A stretch of DNA of 64,000 nucleotides from NCBI RefSeq assembly GCF_009914755.1, contig NC_060936.1, one strand, 5' to 3'. Below the pieces are notes generated by a model that saw only the letters and a list, made by a program, of their open reading frames with translations, was not told where the DNA came from and did not search any database. Made by a program: the position numbers and the translations under genes. Below, one piece after another: positions 28,725-39,820 of this stretch. Numbering within the stretch: position 1 is the stretch's first letter; the number at the start of each line of letters is the position of its first letter. This DNA comes from the human T2T-CHM13v2.0 reference genome, Homo sapiens.

Positions 28725-29620
28725 GCCATCAGTCATAATGGAAATATAAATTAAAACCACAATGTGACACTAATATACACCCATCAGAATGGCTGCAATT
28801 AAAACTAGCAACAACAAGTGTTGGTGAGGATGCAGAGCAACTGTAACTCTCATACATTGCTGATGGGAGTGTAAAATGTTACAAACACTTTGAAAGAAAT
28901 TTTTACAGTTCCTAATAAATTTAGATATAGTATGTATGCCCTTTAATTCAGCAAACTCCTATATATTTACTTAAGGAAAATAAAAATAGATGTCCACAGA
29001 AAGACATCTATAAGAATGGAAATAGTAGCTTTGTTTGTAATAGCCCAAAACTGGAAACAGCCCAGGTATGAAAATAATGGAAAAACAGTGACATATTCTT
29101 TTAATGGACTACTACTTGACAATACAAAGGAATAAACTGTGAATACACTCAATGGCATAAATGCTTGTCCCAGACATTATGCTGTGAAAAAAAGCCAGAC
29201 ACAAAAGAATGCATGCTGTATGACTCCATTTATATAAAGTTCTAAGAGTGGCAAAAAACAAAAACCAGAAAACAAAAACAGTGGCTGCCTCTTAGCAGAG
29301 TGGGAGGGGTTGACTTGGAAGAGATATGGGAAAACTTTCTGAGTAATAAAAGTAATAAAAAATACTTTTTATCTTGATAGGTGTGTGGGTTACATGAGTG
29401 TATGCATTGGTCAAAATTGTACAGTAATTGAATATATATAAATCTTGCCTCAAAAACAACTAAAGAAACAAATATTAATAAAATAGGAGAAAATGGGAAA
29501 AGAGGAAAGGTGAAACAAACATGACATTGATAGTTGATAACTACCAAAACCAAGGTCAGGACATGGGGAAATATATCATTCTGTTTATTTTGATATGTTC
29601 AAAATTTTCCATCATAAAAA
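28725..29620 (+). mobile_element. Old L1 (L1MC/MD/ME-type) ORF2 end and 3'UTR
   Basis: aaaaccacaatgtgacac...caagtgttggtgaggatgcagagcaactg...agccagacacaaaagaatgcatgctgtatgactccatttatataaagttc. Confidence 0.8.
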
Positions 29621-30030
29621 CTAAGTATTATCAAATTCTTAGTCATGTGTTGTATTAGGGTAATTAAAATACAAATTAGTAGTGAGTTTGAGGCCAGATT
29701 GCTCATCATCCTGGCCCAGTGCAAAAAGCAAATCTGATCATGTTCCCTCCCTTCTTAACAATGTTAACAAACTTTCCATTCTTCACCCTGAAGAATAGTG
29801 TGAATTCCTCAGAGTGGCTTTGGTATGAAGAAACTTCATACCATAGATATATGTGCAAAGCAGTGTGCAGAATTCTGTTAGTTATATTATTTATTTAGAC
29901 TGAGACCATCTCTATGAAGGTTTTATAGATAAAAGTGTATATCAATGAAGGGACTCAAAACTAGATGGATAGTGACAGGGCCTACAGAAAGTTCAAATTT
30001 TGGATTCCTTCAGCTTTTTCCTACTTCGAT

Positions 30031-31060
30031 TGTGATAGAAAGAGCTCTAAGATTCTGACTCCTGGAGTCCCCAACCTGTTATAATGTCCTCCCCTTGAAT
30101 GTGGGCAGAGTAAGTGAATATGGTGGGATATCACTGACTACTAATCATGTGACTTTGAGTTCATCAAAAGGGGGGATGATCCTGGGTGGGCATGACCTAA
30201 TCAGATGAGTGCTTTAAGGGAAGCGGAAATGGGATAGGGAAGCTCTTCTGTTGGCCTCAGAATGAAGCAAACTGGCATGTTCTGACAGGGCCTATGGAGG
30301 GGCTGTGTGGGTGACTTCTAGGACTTAGAGGGGTCTCCAGTTAACAGCTAGTTAGAAATAATTTTCCCAATTGCACAGCTTCAGATAACTGAATTCTGCC
30401 AATCACCATGTGAGCTTGAAAGAGGTCCCTGAGCCTCAAACGAGATTATAACCCCAGCCAACTCCATGATTTCAGCCCAATGAGACTATGAACAGAGGAC
30501 CCAGTTAACCCATACCCAGACCCATAAAAGTCTTCAGATAATACCTACGTGTTTGTGATGATTAATACTGAGTGTCAACTAGATTGGACTGAAGGATGCA
30601 AAGTATTGATCCTGGGTGTGTCTATCAGGGTGTTGCCAAAGGAGATTAACATTTGAGTCAGTGGGCTGAGAAAGGCAGACCCGCCCTTAATCTGAGTGGA
30701 CACCATCTAATCAGCCACCAGCCCAGCTGGAATATAAAGCAGGCAGAAAAACGTGAAAAGACTGGCCTAGCCTCCCAGCCTACATCTTTCTCCCATGCTG
30801 GATGCTTCCTGCCCTCAAACACTGGACTCCAGGTTCTTGTTTTGGGACTTGGACTGGCTCTCCTTGCTCCTCAGCTTACAGATGCCTATTGTAGGACCTT
30901 GTGATAGTGTGAGTTAATACTTAATAAACTCCCCTTTATCTATCTATCTCTCTCTCTCTCTCTCGTTAGTTCTGTCCCTCTAGAAAACCCTAACTAATAC
31001 AGTGTTGTTTTGAGCTACCAAGTTTGTGATCACTCATTATGCAGCAGTCAAAAATGAATA
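30031..31060 (+). mobile_element. MLT1E-type MaLR LTR, split by an MLT2A insertion
   Basis: tataatgtcctccccttgaatgtgggc...cctgggtgggcatgacctaatcag...gaattctgccaatcaccatgtgagcttg; resumes at 31002 with gtgttgttttgagctaccaagtttgtg. Confidence 0.82.
30554..31001 (+). mobile_element. MLT2A (HERV-L) solo LTR
   Basis: tgtgatgattaatactgagtgtcaact...tctgtccctctagaaaaccctaactaataca; TG...CA ends; perfect 5-bp TSD gtgtt at 30549-30553 and 31002-31006. Confidence 0.92.
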
Positions 31061-31207
31061 TGCCCCTTCTCTCCCTATTTCTCTCAATGTTCCAGTCACT
31101 CTGAACTTTTCTTAGTTTCCTAATTAAAACATTCCTTCCATAAATTTTGTTCTGCAAGAACTACTCACTTTGCCTGTAATGTCCTTATTATCTTTTCTGC
31201 CATTTGA

Positions 31208-31832
31208 TTATTTTTTAACTTTTATTTTAGGTTCAGGAGTACATGTGCAGGTTTGTTATATAGGTAAACTTGTGTCACAGGAGTTTGTTTTGCAGATTAT
31301 TTTCTCACCCAGATACTAAGCCTAGTATGCAATAGTTATTTTCTCTGCTCTTCTCCCACCTCTCACCCTCAACCCGCAAGTAGGCCTCAGTGTCTGTTGT
31401 TTCCTTCTTTGTACGTCCATGAGTTCTCATCATTTAGCTCCTACTTATAAGTGAAACATATGGTATTTGATTTTCTGTTCCTGCATTAGTTTGCTAAGGA
31501 TAATGGCCTCCAGCTCCATTCATGTTCCTGCAAAAGACATGATCTCATTCGTTTTTATGGCTGCATAGTATTCAATGGTGTATATGTATCACATTTTCTT
31601 TATCCAATCTGTCACTGATGGGCATTTAGGCTGATCCCATGCCTTTGCTATTGTCAATAGTGCTGCAATGAACATTCACGTGCATGGGTCTTCAAGGCAG
31701 AATGATTTATATTCCTCTGGATATATAGCCAGTAATGGGATTACTGGGTCAAATGGTAGTTCTGTTTTTAGCTCTTTGAGGAATCACCATGCTAATTTTT
31801 TCAATGGTTGAAGTAATTTACACTCCCATTAA
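31208..31832 (-). mobile_element. L1PA13-16/L1PREC-type 3' end, antisense
   Basis: ttttattttaggttcaggagtacatgtgcaggtttgttatataggtaaac...ggataatggcctccagctccattcatgtt...agtaatgggattactgggtcaaatggt. Confidence 0.9.
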
Positions 31833-31839
31833 CTGCCTG

Positions 31840-32110
31840 TTGAGTATTACCCATCCTTCAGAACCCAGATCAACTCTTCCTCTCCTGGAAGACTTGACCA
31901 ATTGCCCCAGGCAAAGTTTATTCCTCCCTGCTCTAGATTTCCACCATACCCTGTTCTTTCTCTCCCTTCCTTCCTCTCTCTATTTCTCTTAATAGCATAT
32001 AAATGAGTTGAAAGCAGAAACTCATAATATTCATGCTCAAGTCACTTTGAACTAGGATATAATTATGCTTACAACATAGTAGCCACTCAGTAAATAGCTA
32101 CTGGGTTAAT
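31840..32110 (+). mobile_element. L2 3' fragment (an upstream part may lie at ~31065-31205)
   Basis: acccatccttcagaacccagatcaa...acatagtagccactcagtaaata. Confidence 0.5.
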
Positions 32111-34699
32111 ACACATACTGTTTTTCATTAGAATGCTTCTGGAATTTATTTAAGTTAACAAATATTTATTTTTCAGAGCCTCTGAAAGCTGTAATGGACA
32201 ATAAGAAGATGAGTAGGGCATGTTTCCTATCTCAAATAAGTGGAATAGGATTTGCACAGAAAAAATAACTGCAAGGCAAAATACGACCTGTGTCACATAA
32301 GAAACAGAATCTGGTCTGTTGGGGGCTTCTCAGAGACAAAGAGATGATGGTCCACAGGATGGAGCATCTCTCTGACACTTCCAGTGTGTATTTTAGGGAG
32401 GAACACCTTTCCATCATTATTGGGGAGGTTGGAACAAAGAAGGGGAAAAACAATGGCAGTTCTTATCTTTCAGGTAGCTGTATGGTGAGCATTCCTCTCC
32501 CAGCAATCTGTTGTTCTTTGTGAGCAGACTGGAGTGTGACAGCTGTGAAAACGATCAAAGGCAGGTCCCAGACAGGAGAGGGCTGATGACAATGCCAGTT
32601 TCCCTCTAAGACCCTGTGGACAGCAGGGCCATGAGGGATGCTGTGACACAGAGTCTTGCTTGATGCAGTGTGTGGTGTTACTCACAGGAGTGGGTTCAGC
32701 CACTCTTGGTGTGAAACCCAAGGAAAATGTCTCTGCCGCAGCTGATGTCAACATGTACAGCATGTGACCAGCTTGCATTGTAAGTCAGACACCCACATCC
32801 TGTTGCTTTACCCTCTCACCAGTTCTCCCTTTAAGTGATTTATCAAAGAGGATATGCCTTATTTTTTTCATATAGACGTCTGTTATTTTTCAGCAGAAAG
32901 GAGATGTGTGTATGAGTTCTGCAGAAGTCCACCAAATGTGGGCCAGGGTTATTTCCCTGGTGATGCTCTGAAGCTTTTGCCAAAGGACAAATGGTAATTT
33001 GACACATTTAATCATTTGTGTGTTAATTCAACATCACTTAAACACTTCCTTCTTTAAAGAAATCTCATCCATTTAGTTTGCACCATTCAAATAAACTTGC
33101 AGAAAATTACGTAGAGTGTTTGCGGTATTAAAGTCCACTTATACTTTAAGCCAATTAGACATTTCGATCTGGCTGTTTCTCTGAGCTTACAAAATGCTGT
33201 GGATATAAAGGTGTGGTTATGTTTGATTTGGTTTTATGTTTTTGAACTTTGCCCATTTAATTAACCAGGCTAAAATAATAATCAGATTATTAGATCAATG
33301 TAAGTGCTTATAGGAGTTCTTTATTTTGCATTGGATATTTTTAGCTCTGCATGGGAGGAGAGGAAAGAAAAAGAAATCAAGATTTACTGAAAATAAACTA
33401 AGATGTTGGAGAAACTTACTCTACTTTTTTCTAGTTCGGAATATCCCTTCAATTCACATAGCTCTGAATCGTTTATGGAATAAATTTGATAGCACCCTAG
33501 TTACCTGGGGTAAGAATCACAGAGAAACCCCTCCCTTAGCAGCCACCTCACTGTGGGACTTTCCAACACTTTGCCCAGTCCCTAATGTACTCATTGTAAT
33601 GATGATGACACATGTCTTGACAATATGTCTCCATGCTCAGAAGTAGAACATCTCCCATGTTTCTGATTGTATTTCAAGCTTTACTAGAGCTGTCTGCCCA
33701 CCACAGTCTGATGTCTTTAAACTTGGCCTAATTTTTTTCAAACTTTAGTTTGGCCAGTCATACCAATTTTCCAGGGTAAAGAGATAATATTGCCTTCTAG
33801 AGTTGGAGGTAGATATTAGAGACCATGTTATCTTCCACTATCAATTTCCAACATGATGGTCTCCATTAAAGTTAGTAGATGCTTACAAGGCTACCACTGG
33901 TTTTCACATTAAATGTGATGTGAAACATAGTTTGTAAAAATACGCTCATGACTTCTAAGTTATCAAGGAGCTCTTACAAAGGGTTCTACTTTTCACCTCT
34001 TTACATTAACTGGTTTTATTTTTTCTTAATTGGCTTCTGCAATGAACCATGGGTTGGCCAAACTGAATTCCAAAAGTCTGAAAGGTCATTTATGATGGAA
34101 AACAGGATAAATAAAAGAGATATTATAAAAAACAGATAATCCTTAACTTTTGCAAGTTAATCTCTAAAAAAACTGCTGACACATTCTCATCCACTACATA
34201 TTAAAATTTCTTTTGGAAGTATGTATATAAACTGATGAATGAAGAGACATTATTTTTTCTCCAGTGGGAGTACTTGTTTGTTTGCCAAGAGTTCAGGTTT
34301 AGAAACAGTCTTATTTTTGCTTGTAAAGCTGAGTTTGTTTTATTGCATTCTGTCCCTATTAATTTATTAAATTAATGAAAATGAACAAATAAAAGTAATA
34401 ATATGAGTTGTAAACCTTGTAAATTTAATATGATTGAAATAAATAAAATCATTATAATAAAATGTTATAGGATAGTTATTGTACTAGGTCAGGTCAACCA
34501 TTCAACTATTAAAGAAAATTAAAGAAAAGCATAAAATCATAGAGGTAGATCACCAAAGATTATTCTAATAGCAGAGAATTAATTAGGAATGTTATAAATT
34601 TATTTTAGTCTGTGAAAATGGAATGTCCTTTATGTGATTTTTATACTTTAGATTGTTGTGCATATATTCAGGTGCATATAATGTAAAAAGAGGGTATTA

Positions 34700-34940
34700 A
34701 CTGTGGGCATTTAGAAGATGAACTTTGAAATCAGATGGAACTGGGTTGAAATCCCAGCTCCTCTATTACCTAATGCAAGTTACTAATTATTTTGGGATGT
34801 CAGTTTTTTCATTTTAAAACTTAAGTTCAACAAATTTGTTTTCTTAGAGTTGCTTATGAGGGCAAAAGATAACATATTTTCTGGATATGGAAAGGACTTA
34901 TCAAGGTATCCAGCATGTAATAGGCTTTCATGAAATGCTA
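34700..34940 (+). mobile_element. MIR
   Basis: actttgaaatcagatggaactgggttgaaatcccagctc...gcaagttact...tcagttttttcattttaaaa. Confidence 0.7.
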
Positions 34941-35276
34941 ATTTTATATAAGAAGCTATATATCATTTATTTACTAACCGTGGGCTGATTTCTAAATATA
35001 TTCTTAAGATAAACTGAAATGTATTTACTAAATACTAAATAATGTGTTTCATCTTATGCTGGTAAACCAGGAAACAGGAAGTACAATCATGCACTGGGGT
35101 AAAGAAGATTCATCTGCTCTTAGCTACCTACCATGCCAACACTCCTGAGAAAGCTCACAGAGGCCCATGATGCCCACCTGGATCTGAGGACCTAGAAAGC
35201 CACAACAGGCAACCATAATCTGGGTCTTCCCTCAGCCAACTCCCCTGCATAAAGTGAATGAATGAAAAACCCATCT

Positions 35277-35693
35277 TATATTAATCAGAGTTCTCTAGAG
35301 AAAAAGAACCAATCAGATGTGTATATATAGAAAGAGAGAATTATTTTAGGGAATTAGCTCACATCATTATGCAGGCTGGTCAATCAAAAATCTGTGGAGT
35401 GGGCTAGCAGGCTGGAGACCCAGGGAAAGGCTAAATTGCAGTTTAGATCAGAAGGTCATCTACTGGCAGAATTCCCTCATCTTCCAGGAAGGTGGATCTT
35501 TTTCTACCAAGGCCTTCAGTTTATTAGATTAGGCCCATGAACATGCTGGAGGGTAATCTGCTTTACTCAATACATACTGATTTGAATGTTAGTATCATCA
35601 AAAAGACCTTCACAGAAACATCTAAAATAATGTTTGACCAAATGTCTGCATACCATGGCCAAGCCAAGTTTACACATAAAATTAATTATCACA
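35277..35693 (-). mobile_element. MLT2D-type ERVL LTR
   Basis: tattaatcagagttctctagagaaaaagaaccaat...gcaggctggagacccaggg...gagggtaatctgctttactcaa...caagtttacacataaaattaattatcaca. Confidence 0.85.
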
Positions 35694-37150
35694 CATCCCA
35701 CGAACACCATCCCCAACAGATGCTCATGAGCATTGTGGTTATGATTTCAACTTCAGAATAAGGCAGAAATGTGTACAAATCCTGACCCTTTGACTTATCA
35801 GCTCTCTAAAAATCATTATATGTCAACTTTCTAGACTTTACCTGAAAAACAGAAACCAAGATACCCACAGCATAAGATTGTTAGGATTGAAGAAATTGTT
35901 ACGATTGTTAGGTATGAAGAAATTTAAACAATGATGCAGCTGAGATATTTAGAATTGTACCTGGCATGTACTTTGTATTAAATAACTAATAAGGCCTTTT
36001 TCTGGTGAAAACAAAATAAGCCTGGATAAAAGAAGATGAGACCAGATTGGTTGATGGCTCGGCCTGGGTGGGCTCCTGGCCCATCTGAAATTACATTACT
36101 CTTATGTAGTGCCTTTTTTGTTATTGCTAAAATAAAATAAATAAAACACTCTACTTTCATACTTTGTAAAATGCACTTCTCATTCAGTTCCTCTTCCTGT
36201 GCCTTTTCCCTATTGTCTATCTGCACACAGCTGTTTTCTTCTGCACATTTTCATCACAGAGAATTACCAGGTGTAGGTCAAAAGATGCCACAGAGATAAC
36301 AAAGGAAAGGAAAAGCTTTTCTGCACTTCTATCCTTGTAAGCACAAAAATTAATCACACTTTCAGTAAACAGGTCAGGTAAGTCAGTCCTGCACTTGAAC
36401 CTTTTCTCCCCAAATAAATAGTTGAAATGGGAATGTCGATTTCTGTATTTGAACAGAAATGTATTAGTGTAGCTTTCAAAAGAAGACTACTCTCTCCATA
36501 TGAATATCATCAGACCCACAAATACACATATGCATACATTCACAGTTCATCCTAACGCTGCAGAATATTCTAAGAGTAACACATTTCTGTACAAATCAAG
36601 CAGCAGCTTTCACTTGCATGCTAATCTTCAAATTAATTCTGCAATGATCCATTCATTCCACATCCCAACCTACATCCTCAGAAAAACAAAGATGTAAGTA
36701 AGGAACTCAGTATAACATGTTTGACTTTAGACACTACTCAAATATACTCAAACTTTATATGAATATGGATATTGCTCCTAGATTAGGCAGTTCAGAAAAC
36801 AAATCTTGATTATTCTTAGTTACAATGTAGTATAAAATAACAACAATTTCATGTCAACAACAGAATCTCCTAAAAGATCTTATAAAGATAAAAAGTCTTA
36901 GGTGTTAGTCGTCAAAGACTAAGTTGTAAATGTATCATTGTATTTGTGTAGTTAATAAAACCCTAGACAAGATATGGGTTCCAGTTCTTGAACCACCACC
37001 ACCTGTTCACCTTAAATAAGTCAACTAACTTTTCAGGGCTTCATTATTTATCCTAATATCAGGATCCTTGCTATGGTTAATTGAAATATTGTAAATGAAA
37101 GTACTTTATAAACCTAACCTATTAATTAGTAGAAATGGCTAGGATTAGTA

Positions 37151-37472
37151 CAATCGGTTCCCCTTTGCCACAGTTTCATGTTTCTGGGTTTCTGTTACCT
37201 GTAGTCAACCATGGTCCAAAAATATTACAATATTTTGAGAGAGAAAGAGAATACATTTACGTAACTTTTATTACAGAATATTGAAATAATTGTTCTGTTA
37301 TACTATTATGGTTGTTAATCTCTTACTGTGCCTAATTTATAAATAACTTTATCATAGGCATGTTTGTATAGAAGAAAACGTAGAATATATGGGGTTCACT
37401 ACTATTCATGGTTTTAGGCATCCACTGGGGGTCTTGAAAGGTAATGGCCCCAAGGATAAGGGAGGACTACTG
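37151..37472 (+). mobile_element. MER44A (TcMar-Tigger) DNA transposon
   Basis: gttacctgtagtcaaccatggtccaaaaatatta...ggcatccactgggggtcttg...ggataagggaggactactg; TA on both flanks (37149-37150, 37473-37474). Confidence 0.85.
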
Positions 37473-37559
37473 TAGCTCATGTCTATTGAGTAATATACAT
37501 ATTACAAAAAGAGTATCAGATGTATACTCTTTTACTAATGCATATGTGTGTTTCTAACT

Positions 37560-37735
37560 TAATTTTAATAACAACACTCTGAAAGAAAAATTATTATGCC
37601 CATACCACAGATGAGGAAATTGAGGCTCTTAGAAACAAGTAACTGGATGGAATCACAGTGACAGGTGCTAGAAACAGGCTTCAAATCCAGGCATTCTGGC
37701 TGCAAGAGTCCATGAACACTAATTTCTACCACATT
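37560..37735 (-). mobile_element. MIR
   Basis: acagatgaggaaattgaggctcttagaa...ttcaaatccaggcattctggctgcaagagtcc. Confidence 0.8.
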
Positions 37736-37817
37736 CAAGGTTAGAACTTTAAAAGCATCTAACATTGGATAGCCCAAGCCCACCCTCATTCCATTTTTGC
37801 AAAGGGCAATGATGTCA

Positions 37818-38219
<402 letters not shown>

Positions 38220-39669
38220 TCAAGACAACAATATATAAGCAAATGTCAACCTGAGTGGGATATGAGACCCAGCTGGGAAGATTTAAAGCCTCAGAATGTG
38301 TAGATTACAAAGGCAGATTGTGGGGTTGATAAGCGAGAAAACATGAAGGATAAGAAAAAGGATTTAGAATATTTGAGAGGTGAAAATTTTACTTCTGGGT
38401 TTGCTTTTTGCCTGGGTTCTTCCAGAAGGGATAGCAGGAAGTTGTGAAGATCAATGTGAGTTCTGGAGTCAGGTCTTACCTCAAATCCCTGGTTTATATG
38501 GATAATGAGGCAAAACAAAATCAACTTGGAGAATTTCTATTCCATGCTTAGATTAGTAAATGGGCCGGTTTTTTTCTTTCTAGACATACCGTTTTGAGCC
38601 CTTTTCATCCTTATCTGCCACCAGTGATACAATGAAAAATAATGAGAAAATTAATGCGACAATGCTTTTAAGATTTTCCTGACAAGTTTCAAAAGAACAT
38701 CTTACTATAGATGCTTATCTCCGATGAACTATTGAACCCTGGAGAGTGTGAACAGATTGAACCTTGTATATTGTGAACATCAGCTATAGTATCCCACCAG
38801 CTGATGACTTCTAAGAATGTCACATACTGGCAATGAACATTAGAATATAAGCTTTTATTTAAGATAACATATTTTGTACTTTTGCCGATTCATTTGGGAA
38901 TTTCTGTATTTCACATATAAGTCACTGAAACAGAACTCTAAAAAAACTAGAGAAATAAATAATTGGTTTCATTAAAAAAATTCATAGGATGTGGAATTTG
39001 ACTAACATAATGTGTTATATATGTGTATATTATATACAACAAATTATGTTATAATGTGTTAAACGTAATGAGAAAAAAGCAAAAAAATAATCTATCACAT
39101 AATATAAAAACATAGCTATTTTATTTTTTTCTAAATGTCATAATCCAGGGAAAGATAAATCATTTGTGTTTGGGTTACTTATTCATTCAATCTTTAAAAT
39201 AATGCCTTTCTCAGTGTTATCCCCAGGCACAAGTACAAAAAGAAAACAAAATTAATTAAAATGCATAATAGTCAATAACAATTTCACATATTTATAGGAA
39301 AAGAGCTTATTAGAATGCTACCAGATTAAAAATTCCCTTCTTTTGGAGAATTCTAATATTTAAAAGGTATTTAGCACTAGGTCCTGATGACCAGAAGCTG
39401 AGTTTAAGTCAAACTGACCCAGGGCTGTAATCGTACATGGTCTGACAGAGGAAAATAAGAGTGTGGTAATCATTAGTACTATTTCACCATGGACAGCAGG
39501 GCTGTATTTATTACCATCCTAATGGCAAGTCATTCAGTGAGCCGCAGTGTTTATTTCTTTTCAGGCTTGACTCCCTGGGGAAGGAGTGTCACTTGATCGC
39601 ATCTATAGCTCTCTCAAATAAAGTGACAGAAGTTTTATATGATGTAAACACATAAAACGAATGAGAATA

Positions 39670-39820
39670 GCTATCATTTATTAAACACCTACTATAGTCC
39701 AGTAATGATATACATTCTATCACTTAATCCTCATGACATTTTAGGAGGACGTTATCATTGTTATTGTACAGATGGGTAAACTGAGATATTGAGAACTTAA
39801 CTTGCTTAATGGTGGTATCT
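39670..39820 (-). mobile_element. MIR
   Basis: catttattaaacacctacta...cttaatcctcatgaca...tacagatgggtaaactgag. Confidence 0.7.

Noticed and set aside
29821-29843. Perfect 10-bp hairpin tggtatgaag-aaa-cttcatacca
   Set aside because: Too short for a pre-miRNA and not followed by a U tract; intrinsic terminators do not apply in this genome.
39480-39500. REST/RE1 site (caccatggacagc)
   Set aside because: 13 central bases match, but the TTCAG left end and the terminal CC do not; too weak to call.
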